Positions 1 to 10,123 of a stretch of 64,000 bases of DNA are shown here, piece by piece (position 1 is the stretch's first letter; every line of letters starts with the position of its first letter). The notes below the pieces were generated by a model. The model was not told the origin of the DNA and ran no database searches. It was given only the letters and a program-made list of their open reading frames with translations. The stretch is from positions 2,295 through 66,294 of the forward strand of contig JAPKNN010000011.1 in NCBI GenBank assembly GCA_040266715.1. Reading direction: 5' to 3'. The position numbers and the translations under genes were made by a program. This stretch comes from Paracoccaceae bacterium (GTDB taxonomy: Bacteria > Pseudomonadota > Alphaproteobacteria > JAPKNN01).

Positions 1-59
1 ACCATACTCAGCCAGACTCTTCTGATTTTCCTGATCAAGTTCAAGACACAATACGTAGT

Positions 60-815
60 ATGACATATGCAACAAGTCTAATCGTGGAGAAGACGTTTAG
101 TAGGGTTTCAGTAGGGGTAACTGGAAGCTATATGGCAAATAATTATAGGGATGTTGCAGATGTTTCTGGTAATGTTGTAGATCAAGACGTTAGAGACAAC
201 AGTGTTTATGGTGGAAGTCTTAGAATAGGATATGAACTAAAAAAGGGTATACAGATTTTTGGACAGGGTGCTTATACTAAATATGATTATAAATATTTGC
301 TGGGCAACGTTAACCAAGATTATAGGTCTATTGTAGGAAGTGCAGGTGTTAATTTGAACTTAACTAGTATTTTAAAAGGTAATGTAAGCTTAGGATATTC
401 AAATACAAAATATGATAATACTGCAAATAGTGACGATAATTCAGTTGTAGTGAGAATGGCACTTCAATATTTAGTTTCGCCTAAGGCTACAGTGAACTTG
501 AAGGGGTCAACTAATTCTGCTAGCACATCACTAGCAGGTGCTAGCTCAAAGAGAGTTTATGTATTAGGTACTTCTGTTGATTACGAACTGAGAAATAACA
601 TTAATTTATCACCAGGTTTTGATTTTCAATTAACAGAATATGCTAGCTTAAGTAGAAAGGATAGAGTCTATACTCCATATTTATCAGCAAGTTATAATGT
701 TAATAGGTATTTAGATTTGGGTGCGAATTATAAATTTACAAAAGTTGATTCAGGGGACAATACCGATGATTCTAAAAATCACTTCGTAGGTGTTTCCGTA
801 AATTTGAAATATTAA
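60..815 (+). CDS. Outer-membrane beta-barrel-like protein, probably 5'-partial. The frame is open back to window position 3.
   Basis: Alternating hydrophilic/hydrophobic pattern rich in Y/G/N/S/T, typical of beta-strands. C-terminal ...VNLKY aromatic terminus. No in-frame stop upstream to the window edge. Sits immediately upstream of a Wzc/ExoP-type kinase. Confidence 0.5.
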   Translation: MTYATSLIVEKTFSRVSVGVTGSYMANNYRDVADVSGNVVDQDVRDNSVYGGSLRIGYELKKGIQIFGQGAYTKYDYKYLLGNVNQDYRSIVGSAGVNLNLTSILKGNVSLGYSNTKYDNTANSDDNSVVVRMALQYLVSPKATVNLKGSTNSASTSLAGASSKRVYVLGTSVDYELRNNINLSPGFDFQLTEYASLSRKDRVYTPYLSASYNVNRYLDLGANYKFTKVDSGDNTDDSKNHFVGVSVNLKY

Positions 816-931
816 TTGCTTTTTTGATTAATAAGTCTTTTAAATAGTAGTAAAATAGAAATGTTAATATATATTAGCATTTCTATTTTTTTGACTTAGT
901 GACTCGGTATTCCTAAGATGAGAGGTATAAT

Positions 932-3199
932 ATGTCCATTTCTAATATAGAAAATGATACAGATAATTGGATTCGGAGTTATCTATTACTTGTGTATCTA
1001 AAAAAATCATTATTATTTCTTAGTGTGTTCATTTTTCTTTTTCTAGGCAATATTTATGTAGAGACAACGCAAAAATTGTATAGCACTACAATGGATATTA
1101 TGCTTAATGATAATACCAATACATCGCCAGTTGAACCTATTTTAAATATTCAACATAGTAGATCTACAATGAATGAGCATGCTGAATTAATTGTCTCATC
1201 ATTAATTGTAGATAAGGTTATAGATAGGCTTGAGCAAGAGGGTATTAGTGCCTCTTTTCTATTAAACCAAGCTAGAAGTAAGGGAAATGTTTTCTTGCAA
1301 ATATGGAAACAGTTAAAGAGTGTTGGGAATATTTTATCTGTAGGTAAAGAAAACAGTACAGTTACTAAATCGAGTAATAGTAAAAATATTTATTCAGAAA
1401 AATTGAGTTTAAGACTTCTTCTTATTTCTAATATTAGTACTGATCTAGAATTTAATAGTAAAAAGCTTCAAGTGGAATTTTCTTGGTATAATCCTGAAAT
1501 GGCATTTACAATTGCAAATATCTTAGCAGATGTTTATGTTTTAGATCACCTTGAAGCCAGATATGAAGCGAGTAAAAATGCAAGTGCTTGGCTTTCTAAC
1601 CGTTTAGCTAGTTTAAAGGCTGATTTAAATAATTCAGAAATTGCAGTTGAGAAATTTAAAGTAGACAATAAACTTGAAAATTTTGCTGGCTTTAAATTAT
1701 ATGAGGTGCAAATAGTAAAATTTAACGATCAACTCATTGATGCTAAAGCTAAAGAAGAGGAATATTTGGCGAAATATAATCAAGTTAGGGAAATAGTAAA
1801 TACGCAAAGTGTTCTAGCTTTGCCAGATTCAATATATTCAAGAACAATTTCAAGCTTAAACTCACAGCTTCTTGATATAAAAAGGACAGAGACTGAGTTA
1901 AGTAATAGATATGGTAATAGGCACCCTAATGTAATTAGTGCAAAAGTAAAAAGAGAAAAAATACAATCTCAAATTAAAGCGGAAACTAATAAAATGGTTT
2001 TAGCGGCAGAGAATGATTATAAAGTTGCTAAAAGTAGGAGGAAGTCGGTAGAGGAGAGCTTACAAAACCTAACAGGGACTGGTGGATTATTAAATAAAAA
2101 AGCAGTAAAATTAAGAGAATTAGAAAGAGAGGTAGAGACTAATAGAAATTTATTTAATGCTTTTTTACAAAGAACTAAAGAGGTTTCAGCGGATCTCGTG
2201 CCACATGAGCCAGTCGTACGCGTAATTAATAAACCAATTACGCCTATTAACCCTAGTCATCCTAATAGATTTATAATATTTACAATTTCCATTTTACTAG
2301 GCCTTTTTGTGGGGCTTGTTGTCATTCAAATAATAAGTTTGTTTGATGTTGGTCTGTATAATGAGACGGATGTAAATAACAATTTGGACTTAGATCTTAT
2401 TGGACAAATTCCGCAAATAATAATAGGTGGGAGTAGGTTCATTAATTACTGGAAGAATTATAGGGATAAAAATAAAATTAATACAATTATTCCGAATGAA
2501 ATTTTTTATAAATGTCTAACAGAACCATTCTCAAACTATGCGGAAGCAATAAGAAATCTAAGATTGAATATTAAATATAGTAACAGTGAAGAAGAGGCTA
2601 AAATAGTTACAGTTACTTCAACAGTGCCTAATGAAGGCAAGTCGACTTTGGCGATGAATTTGGCAAATTATGCAGCGCAAACAGGTGAAAAAGTTCTACT
2701 CATAGATGGGGATATTAGAAACCCCGCTTTGGCAAAGAAATTCTTACCTGATATTCAAAAAGGTATTATTGACTATTTATTCTATGGTGATGATGAAATT
2801 GGAGTTATTAATCATACGCCAACTTTGGATAATCTGCATTTTGCCTGCATGGGTAGTCTTACAAATATACAATACACTAAAAAGCTAGCATCAGAAAAAA
2901 TGAAAAATTATTTAAGGGAGAAATCTAAACTTTATGATTTAATCATAATAGATTCTTCGCCTCTGTTGTACACACAGGATACACGGGAGTATATAAAGGT
3001 CAGTGATGGCGTGTTATATGTAGTCGAATGGGGTGTTACTGATAAAGGTTTAATAGCATCTGTGATAAATTCATCGCCTGAATTGAAAGAGAATACGTTA
3101 GGCATTGTATTTACAAAGATTAAAATAAATGAAGGTAAGTACTACGGTTATTATGGTACCGAAAAAAGCTATGAATATTCTGTTAGTAAAAATAAATAG
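932..3199 (+). CDS. Polysaccharide biosynthesis tyrosine autokinase / chain-length determinant (Wzc/ExoP family)
   Basis: N-terminal TM segment followed by a Wzz-like coiled-coil periplasmic region and a second TM segment. Then a C-terminal P-loop domain with Walker A VPNEGKSTLAMNLA and Walker B LLIDGDIRNP. Tyrosine-rich tail YYGYYGTEKSYEY, as in BY-kinases. Confidence 0.8.
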   Translation: MSISNIENDTDNWIRSYLLLVYLKKSLLFLSVFIFLFLGNIYVETTQKLYSTTMDIMLNDNTNTSPVEPILNIQHSRSTMNEHAELIVSSLIVDKVIDRLEQEGISASFLLNQARSKGNVFLQIWKQLKSVGNILSVGKENSTVTKSSNSKNIYSEKLSLRLLLISNISTDLEFNSKKLQVEFSWYNPEMAFTIANILADVYVLDHLEARYEASKNASAWLSNRLASLKADLNNSEIAVEKFKVDNKLENFAGFKLYEVQIVKFNDQLIDAKAKEEEYLAKYNQVREIVNTQSVLALPDSIYSRTISSLNSQLLDIKRTETELSNRYGNRHPNVISAKVKREKIQSQIKAETNKMVLAAENDYKVAKSRRKSVEESLQNLTGTGGLLNKKAVKLRELEREVETNRNLFNAFLQRTKEVSADLVPHEPVVRVINKPITPINPSHPNRFIIFTISILLGLFVGLVVIQIISLFDVGLYNETDVNNNLDLDLIGQIPQIIIGGSRFINYWKNYRDKNKINTIIPNEIFYKCLTEPFSNYAEAIRNLRLNIKYSNSEEEAKIVTVTSTVPNEGKSTLAMNLANYAAQTGEKVLLIDGDIRNPALAKKFLPDIQKGIIDYLFYGDDEIGVINHTPTLDNLHFACMGSLTNIQYTKKLASEKMKNYLREKSKLYDLIIIDSSPLLYTQDTREYIKVSDGVLYVVEWGVTDKGLIASVINSSPELKENTLGIVFTKIKINEGKYYGYYGTEKSYEYSVSKNK

Positions 3200-3629
3200 A
3201 ACAGTTATTGTCTTAGTAACTTTATTGTTTTTAGTTGGTAACTTATTCTTACTTTACCAAGTTTTTGTAACAGATTATATAGAGAGGGATCTAAATATTC
3301 AAAAGTCATATGATTTAAATTTAACAAAATTTGATGATTATACGACAATAAAACGACAAAGAATAATTAATCATCAATTGATAAACATGGTTAGCGCCTA
3401 TGACTATTCTAAATTGGGAGATTATTTGGAGTCAGTAAAGTTAAATCCATTAGCAGGAGATTATTGGAATATTATTGCATATTCTACTCTAGTAGTAAAT
3501 CAGGATGTTAGCCAAGTAAATCTTTACTTACATTTATCAAAAATATTCTCACCACTTGAAGTTAATGTGTTCAGGGTAAGAAAGTTTATAGAAAGAAAAA
3601 TTAAAAATAAAGAAAAGGCAAAGACATAA
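3171..3629 (+). CDS. Hypothetical single-pass membrane protein. The start was chosen at the internal Met after the ExoP-like stop region.
   Basis: Listed ORF 3129..3629. The N-terminal MNILLVKINRTVIVLVTLLFLVGNLFLLYQ forms one TM helix. No recognizable family. Its start overlaps the end of the upstream gene, so the real start is uncertain. Confidence 0.35.
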   Translation: MNILLVKINRTVIVLVTLLFLVGNLFLLYQVFVTDYIERDLNIQKSYDLNLTKFDDYTTIKRQRIINHQLINMVSAYDYSKLGDYLESVKLNPLAGDYWNIIAYSTLVVNQDVSQVNLYLHLSKIFSPLEVNVFRVRKFIERKIKNKEKAKT

Positions 3630-3673
3630 CATATTGGATTTATCTTATATAAAATCAATGCCATTATTATCAT

Positions 3674-3697
3674 ACAGGCTAAACCTGTCATTTTTAT
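3674..3697. terminator. Putative bidirectional rho-independent terminator between convergent genes
   Basis: Hairpin acagg-ctaaa-cctgt followed by catttttat. Located between the 3' ends of the 3171..3629(+) and 3731..4324(-) genes. Confidence 0.4.
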
Positions 3698-3730
3698 ATA
3701 TAGCTAACTCAAATATTTTATATTAACTCT

Positions 3731-4324
3731 TTACTCGCTATATATAATTTCATTTGGATATACTCCCCAGAGTGTATCTTGGTCAATATATCCACTGACA
3801 TTTGAATGCTCAATACGACATTTTTTTCCAGAACAGTAAACGATGTTAACCAATAATTTTTTTTCTAGTAGTGCTACAGGTTTGATACTGTTTTGTGTTT
3901 CATAAACTGTATGAAATCCTTCTTTTGCCCATGGATTAATTAAAGCCATGCGTTGATTTATAGATAGTAAATGTTTGTACATCCAGCCAACATTACCTTC
4001 AAAATCTCTTACTCGCCACCAATCTTTATGCCGCGCAATAACTTCTAAGGGTAAATGACGCTTATTATATTGTAAAATTACTTTATGATTTCTGCTAGCC
4101 CCTTGTCTTAGATAAGATTTGTTTCTTTTTAATGTAGCAAAAAATAATTTATTAAGATTATTATCTTGGCTTATGTGAGCAAAACTATTTGCATTCTGCG
4201 TATTAATTGAAGGATAAATCAACAGAATAAGAAAGCCAAATATTAAAACACAAGCAAGCTTAATAAATGAGAAACGTGTATATAACATACTTTTCATAAG
4301 AACTAATTTAAGATTAAGTGGCAA
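3731..4324 (-). CDS. SH3-like (SH3b) domain-containing exported/membrane-anchored protein
   Basis: N-terminal TM/signal segment. C-terminal ...RHKDWWRVRDFEGNVGWMYKHLLS... matches the bacterial SH3_3 pattern of COG3807-type proteins. Confidence 0.55.
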   Translation of the reverse strand: MPLNLKLVLMKSMLYTRFSFIKLACVLIFGFLILLIYPSINTQNANSFAHISQDNNLNKLFFATLKRNKSYLRQGASRNHKVILQYNKRHLPLEVIARHKDWWRVRDFEGNVGWMYKHLLSINQRMALINPWAKEGFHTVYETQNSIKPVALLEKKLLVNIVYCSGKKCRIEHSNVSGYIDQDTLWGVYPNEIIYSE

Positions 4325-4621
4325 TATATAATTTTATTTACTATCAAATCTAGATAATCTATATTAATAATGATTGAAAAAATAAGGTTAACAGAGCTGA
4401 TTTGTCTAAAGTTTAGAATATAAAAAATACTAAATTTTCAAATTATTATGGCATGACTAGTTTTAGAATATAAATAAAATTTGAAGCAATCAAAGAATTA
4501 AATTGGCGATTTACTTTTTCCTACGTAAACAGTGAATATAATAGAATTAATGTATAAATTAAGAAAATAATTGATACAATAACAAGTAAAAAAAAACTAA
4601 ATTATTGAATTCAGTATAGTT

Positions 4622-7600
4622 TTGATTGGATATGGTTACATGCTAAATAGAAAGAAAAATTTTGTATACCTACCTAAACATAAACTTTTCCCAGGTTGGC
4701 TTTTTGCATTAGGCGGTTGCGGAGGAGGTGCATTAGTGCAATTGGCAGATGCAACTGATGAAACAACGGACACCTCACAAATAGATATTCAGCTCAGCTC
4801 AAGAAAAGTGATCCCCTCGTCAATGAGTGACTACATTTATTCTGAACAAAGTAATGTTACCACACGTATGCTATTTGTTGATACGGATTTTGATATTGAT
4901 GGCGACAAAGATATTGTAGCCTTTGATAAAAACGATAATCAATTTAGTTATGTGAGTTATGATAATGGTTATTTTGTTGAAGATTCTACTTCTTTGGATA
5001 TTATAAATAGTTCATTTATGTATAGTGACCCAAATGACGCTACACAAACTCAACGTATAATCTCTTTTTACTCTTTTGATGTAAATGGTGATAATAAAGA
5101 CGATTTCTTATTCTTAAAAAATACAAACTACGGTGATACATTCATAGCTAATAATCAAGAATTGGATATAAGAATTAATATGCAATCTATACCAAGTGGT
5201 AGTACGGTTGTAGAAGCAGATACAGTACTTGATAATGCTGATATAGTGAAAATAGAGGAGCAGTTTAATTCTGCCTTTTTAAATAATTTTACAGATAGCA
5301 GCTCTATTGTTGCTTGGAACGAGCCCGCAACAGGAATACTAGGGTTAGTCGGTGTAACCACTTCGCAAATGCGCTATTTTAGATATATAAATGAGGAACT
5401 GGAAGAAGCAGCAGATTCGAATAACCCCTTTAGTGCAATAACACCAGGAAATGATTATATAGCAAAAATTTTCACCAATTCAGGTAAACAATTTTTAGCA
5501 CTAAGTGGTAGTGGTCAGGTGCGAATTTTTGTTTATTCAACCAATGCATTTGTAGAGTTAACACAAGCACAGAATCCATTTCTGGGTGATACTGATATAT
5601 TTAATATAGAATTTTTAAAAATTTTAGAAGACAATTCGCAGAACACGATCACCGCTTTTGTAGGTTATACAAATGATACAATAATACCGTTTCAATTAAC
5701 GATAGATTCGAATAATAACATATCACGCCAGCTTCTTGAGGATAGTGACAATTATTTACGCGATATTACAGATACGGGACTTATCGATTTCTTTTATACT
5801 AATTTACCTTCTGCAAGTGGTACTAATTACCTAGCCTTACTATCGGAGCAACCCCCTGGGCAAGTAAAATTCTATGAAAACCAGTCATCTAGCTACGGTG
5901 AATATACAGGCCATAATACATTGAGGACTCTAATTCAAAATGAGACAACATCAGCCGTTTCCTCCTCTAGTTTCAGTAGGAATGGTAGGGAAACATTAGC
6001 GATAGCCGAAAATTCGGGGATGATAACATTTTATAACATATCAACGAGTAATGCTGTCAGCACATTATACACTTTGAACCTTCTGAAACAGGGGGTTACA
6101 AAGATAGATATAAAGCCCTTATATGAAGGCTCTGATGATTTTCGTCTTTTGGTAAGTTATGATGATGGATATGTAGAAATTTATAAAATTATTTTTGATA
6201 GTTCAGATACAGAAAAAGATTTTATTAGTAGCTCATCCTATTTTTCGGATTTTATAAAAATATACGCAGAAAAATTATCTGCAAATTCAGTTAAAGCAGT
6301 TTTTGTTAATGCTGGCTATACAATAATGCACGCAACAGATGGTACGATTTCTAGTGAAGTGAGTAAAGAGGAACGGGGTTTCGCATTACTTGATGCAGGT
6401 AATCAAACAAGTCAGTTGCGGTATTTTGTTAACCTCTATGGAAACAATTATTATGAAAATACACAGACATTTAATCCCTATGAAGATTTTGGTAATAATG
6501 TTACAAATATTGCATCACAAATTGTATCTAGTAGCGGGCAAAATTACGATGAATTAAGTCTGTATAAGAATGACGGTAGTTTTTATGTTGCAAGTAGTTC
6601 ACAAATTAAGCAAGTGGCCACAAACGTTTTTAGTCATACCTTTAATGAGGCTTTAGACGAAAGTGTTAGTTTTGATATTAATTTAAGCAATGCCGATTAT
6701 GATATAAGTGTAAATTATGTAAATTCTGATCTGTCTGATCTGTTCAACATTAGCATATCTTCCGATTTTAAAGTTACAATATCTGTTAATCACAATAGTA
6801 ATGTCTTAGCACTACATGATTTTGAAGATACTTTATTAGAAACGGGGCTATATTTTTCTGTGCAAGGAAAAGCTGACCAGGCAGGTGATCAGGGTTATAT
6901 ATATGTTGATATAGATATAACGGGTAGTATTGATTATGGTGTACCTTCTCGCTTGGGAACTGCTATACTTAGTAGTGCTTATACTGTAGTTACAAATGCT
7001 GAAAATGAGAATTTATTACAAGCTTTTTGGTCACGCACAAATACTGCTGGATCAAACAATGCAGTAAAAATTGGTACAAATCAACTAAACGAAGCCATAC
7101 AAATTACATATAGTGTTGCTACATCTTTGTCTTATTTTGCTTATTCAAATACTTCTGTATCCCTTCAGAATCTAGTTGAGCAGCGGGTTATACTCACTGA
7201 TCAAGAACAAGCCAGTTTTGAAGCCGTTATAGATAAAGTAGTGCAGCGTTTGGATGAGGTATGTGGTATTGAGTTCATAAAGGTTCAAGATACAGAGGAT
7301 AGTGATTTGGAGGCTGCGACTTTTGGAGACATTAGATTTAGTTTGACCGATCAAAGCGTTTTGCCAGTTGTTGCTGCTACTATTGATATAAATACTTCTT
7401 CTACTTACCATGCTTCTAGCGATATATGGTTAAGTAACGAAAGACTAACTGAATTTGTTAACGCTAACGAGGGTGATATATTTTTTAATACCTTATTACA
7501 TGAATTAGGGCATGCAGTTGGTCTTAGGCACTTACATCCCGAGGATGGTATTACAGGTATAGACAGGGAAGAAGCTTATGATGGCTTGCCATATTCAGTT

Positions 7601-8425
7601 ATGTCTTATAATACATATATCGGTGCTCCAGCAGCCTCTTCAATAAATGATACCTCCTCATACACCTATATGTTAGACGACATAACAGCGTTACAATACG
7701 CATATGGGAAAAATATATATACGGGTATAGGCGATGACGTATATAATTTTAGTGGAAATGATTTTGTTTATGAAACGATATGGGATGTCGCGGGATATGA
7801 TACGATAGATTGGTCTAATGAAAATTCAGAAGCGATAATTAACCTCTCTGCGGGTAAGCACAGTTTTTTGGGTAGAGTTAAAAGTGTAAACGATCCAATA
7901 TTGGATCACTTAGGTCGACGTATCAATAAAATTGAAGATAATCCCGATGGTAAAAAGGAAGGTATTTTTGCCATAGCACGCGATGTTACTATTGAAAGAG
8001 CCTATGGCGGTAGTGAAGATGATTTTATTTTTGGCAACGAAGCCGATAATAAACTCTATGGAGAAGGTGGTAATGATATTTTGTGGGGCGGCGGCGGTAG
8101 AGATATTTTATATGGTGGTAGTGGCGTAGATAGATTTTACTTCAGATCAGTGGATGGGGTTAGTGATCAAAACGATGCCGATGTTATTATGGATTTTGAT
8201 AAGCAATCTGATATTCTTCAGTTAAAAAATCTTAATTATTCAAGCCTTTCTATAACCAATGTTCTCGATGATACGGGGGGCGTGTTGGGAGCCATGGTAG
8301 CTATAAGTAGCACGAATACATATTTGGCCTATATAATGAATGTAACCTCTGGCGATATTACTATAGACCGTATTGACGTTGATAATACTATTGATCTCAG
8401 TATTACTAATTACGATCTATTGTAG
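4622..8425 (+). CDS. Large secreted/surface multi-domain protein: possible lipoprotein signal, FG-GAP-like Ca-binding repeats, a serralysin-like zinc metalloprotease (peptidase M10) domain and RTX (hemolysin-type Ca-binding) repeats
   Basis: N-terminus: basic n-region then LFPGWLFALGGC, a possible lipobox L-G-G-C. Repeats such as FVDTDFDIDGDKDIVAF and FDVNGDNKDDFLF match the FG-GAP DxDxDG pattern. Metzincin motif LLHELGHAVGLRHLH (HEXXHXXGXXH) with Met-turn SVMSY. Glycine-rich nonapeptides GGSEDDFIFG / GGNDILWGGGGRDILYGGSGVDRF. Unstructured C-terminus consistent with a T1SS signal. Confidence 0.8.
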   Translation: MIGYGYMLNRKKNFVYLPKHKLFPGWLFALGGCGGGALVQLADATDETTDTSQIDIQLSSRKVIPSSMSDYIYSEQSNVTTRMLFVDTDFDIDGDKDIVAFDKNDNQFSYVSYDNGYFVEDSTSLDIINSSFMYSDPNDATQTQRIISFYSFDVNGDNKDDFLFLKNTNYGDTFIANNQELDIRINMQSIPSGSTVVEADTVLDNADIVKIEEQFNSAFLNNFTDSSSIVAWNEPATGILGLVGVTTSQMRYFRYINEELEEAADSNNPFSAITPGNDYIAKIFTNSGKQFLALSGSGQVRIFVYSTNAFVELTQAQNPFLGDTDIFNIEFLKILEDNSQNTITAFVGYTNDTIIPFQLTIDSNNNISRQLLEDSDNYLRDITDTGLIDFFYTNLPSASGTNYLALLSEQPPGQVKFYENQSSSYGEYTGHNTLRTLIQNETTSAVSSSSFSRNGRETLAIAENSGMITFYNISTSNAVSTLYTLNLLKQGVTKIDIKPLYEGSDDFRLLVSYDDGYVEIYKIIFDSSDTEKDFISSSSYFSDFIKIYAEKLSANSVKAVFVNAGYTIMHATDGTISSEVSKEERGFALLDAGNQTSQLRYFVNLYGNNYYENTQTFNPYEDFGNNVTNIASQIVSSSGQNYDELSLYKNDGSFYVASSSQIKQVATNVFSHTFNEALDESVSFDINLSNADYDISVNYVNSDLSDLFNISISSDFKVTISVNHNSNVLALHDFEDTLLETGLYFSVQGKADQAGDQGYIYVDIDITGSIDYGVPSRLGTAILSSAYTVVTNAENENLLQAFWSRTNTAGSNNAVKIGTNQLNEAIQITYSVATSLSYFAYSNTSVSLQNLVEQRVILTDQEQASFEAVIDKVVQRLDEVCGIEFIKVQDTEDSDLEAATFGDIRFSLTDQSVLPVVAATIDINTSSTYHASSDIWLSNERLTEFVNANEGDIFFNTLLHELGHAVGLRHLHPEDGITGIDREEAYDGLPYSVMSYNTYIGAPAASSINDTSSYTYMLDDITALQYAYGKNIYTGIGDDVYNFSGNDFVYETIWDVAGYDTIDWSNENSEAIINLSAGKHSFLGRVKSVNDPILDHLGRRINKIEDNPDGKKEGIFAIARDVTIERAYGGSEDDFIFGNEADNKLYGEGGNDILWGGGGRDILYGGSGVDRFYFRSVDGVSDQNDADVIMDFDKQSDILQLKNLNYSSLSITNVLDDTGGVLGAMVAISSTNTYLAYIMNVTSGDITIDRIDVDNTIDLSITNYDLL

Positions 8426-9220
8426 CAAAAGCTTGTCATGATCTAACTGAGATTGTGTAATTGCTGAAAATTTCTTGATTAAACTTTCTGGAGTCAGTGT
8501 GCTGCGTTGCTTTTCTTTTGCATCAAAAATAATTTTTCCTTTATCAAGCATAATCGTGCGATTACCATAACTCAAAGCCTGTTGCATAGAATGTGTAACC
8601 ATAAGGATTGCAGAATTTTTTGTATCTATGAGTTGTGTTGTTAATTCCATAACATTTTTTGCAATTTGTGGATCAAGTGCTGAAGTGTGCTCATCAAAAA
8701 GCCAAACTTTTGCAGGTTGAAGACTTGCCATCAAAAGACTGACGGCTTGCCTTTGCCCTCCTGACAAGCGATTAATTTTTTCGGCTAACCTATTTTCTAA
8801 CCCCATATTGAGTAAGCACAGCTTTTGCGCAAAATAATAACGATCTTTCGAAGAAATGGCTAATTGCAATCCCCGTGATTTTCCTCTGGAAGCAGCTAGT
8901 GCCATATTTTCCTCAATAGTTAGCTCTCCACATGTACCGGCTAAAGGATCTTGAAATATTTGTGAAATATGCTGGGCACGTTTTTCTTCACTATATCGTG
9001 TTATGTCTGTATTATCTAGGTGAATACTACCCTTTTGAAGAGCATATTTACCACTAATACACTTCAACAAGGACGATTTACCCGCCCCATTAGAGCCAAT
9101 AATGGTTGTGAATTCTCCTTTTTCTATTGTAAGTGACAGATTGCTAAGAACAGATTTCTCCAAAGAGGTGCCAACGGAAAAAACTAACGAAATATCCTTA
9201 ATATGTAGCATATAACTCAC
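8417..9220 (-). CDS. ABC transporter ATP-binding protein (COG1101-type)
   Basis: Walker A GSNGAGKSSLLK, signature LSGGQRQAVSLLMA, Walker B LFDEHTSALDP. Its ATG overlaps the permease stop (ATGA coupling). Confidence 0.85.
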   Translation of the reverse strand: MSYMLHIKDISLVFSVGTSLEKSVLSNLSLTIEKGEFTTIIGSNGAGKSSLLKCISGKYALQKGSIHLDNTDITRYSEEKRAQHISQIFQDPLAGTCGELTIEENMALAASRGKSRGLQLAISSKDRYYFAQKLCLLNMGLENRLAEKINRLSGGQRQAVSLLMASLQPAKVWLFDEHTSALDPQIAKNVMELTTQLIDTKNSAILMVTHSMQQALSYGNRTIMLDKGKIIFDAKEKQRSTLTPESLIKKFSAITQSQLDHDKLLLQ

Positions 9221-10101
9221 ATTTTCTTTCTTTTCATATAGGTTACAATAAGAGCAAGAGTAACAAGGGCAGCCGTAACAAAGTTAAGATCAGCAGCGTT
9301 AAGACCAAGAAAATCTATATCTAAGGCTAGGGCAACAGCCATCCTGTATAAAACGGATCCTGTGATGACAGCCAATAGAAAAACGGGCATGGATGTATTG
9401 GGGAAAAAACTTTGACCAATAATAACAGAAGCCAGACCAATAACAATGGTACCTGTGCCAAGAGTGACATCAGCAAAACCGTTGAGTTGGGAAAATAATG
9501 CGCCCCCAATTGCCACAAGACCATTTGAAAAAGCGACACCCAAAATGATATTGCGCTTGACATTAATGCCAAGTGCGCGTGCCATGTTAGGATTATTGCC
9601 AGTGGCTCGTAAGCTCAAGCCAAATGACGATAAAATAATTCGTGTTGTTATAATATAGGCACAAAATGAAAAACATAGCATTATTATAATACGCAAATAA
9701 CGCGGCTCTAGAATATCAGGAAAGCTATCCATGATAGTTGCCTCACCGATAAGAGCGATATTGGGCTTACCCATTATGCGCAAATTGATAGAGTATAATG
9801 CTATCATAACTAATATACTTGCCAAAAGATGCAGTATATTAAATTTTACATTCAAATATGCTGTTAAGCTTCCCGCAATACAACCAGCTATAAAGGCTGG
9901 TATAATACTGAGCCATGGATTAAAGCCTAATACAATGCAGGTGGCACAAACGGCAGCTCCCAGAGGGAAGCTACCGTCTACTGTTAAATCTGGGAAATCT
10001 AGAATACGAAACGTAATGGCAACCCCTAGGGCAACAAAGCCATAAATAAGCCCTAATTCCAAGGCACCAAGCGTTGCATAAATGCTCATAATGACCCTCA
10101 A
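9217..10101 (-). CDS. ABC transporter permease (COG4120-type)
   Basis: Multi-TM hydrophobic protein lying between the SBP and ATPase genes of the same operon. Confidence 0.8.
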   Translation of the reverse strand: MRVIMSIYATLGALELGLIYGFVALGVAITFRILDFPDLTVDGSFPLGAAVCATCIVLGFNPWLSIIPAFIAGCIAGSLTAYLNVKFNILHLLASILVMIALYSINLRIMGKPNIALIGEATIMDSFPDILEPRYLRIIIMLCFSFCAYIITTRIILSSFGLSLRATGNNPNMARALGINVKRNIILGVAFSNGLVAIGGALFSQLNGFADVTLGTGTIVIGLASVIIGQSFFPNTSMPVFLLAVITGSVLYRMAVALALDIDFLGLNAADLNFVTAALVTLALIVTYMKRKKM

Positions 10102-10123
10102 TAAAAAATCACAATGTAATCCT

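Noticed and set aside
5155-7411. Antisense ORFs inside the serralysin-like gene (5155..5361, 7172..7411)
   Set aside because: They are embedded antisense in a long coding frame, with no motifs.
9327-10045. ORFs 9327..9572(-), 9446..9658(+), 9731..10045(+) within the ABC permease
   Set aside because: These are overlapping alternative frames of a multi-TM permease gene. Hydrophobic codon bias creates long spurious ORFs.
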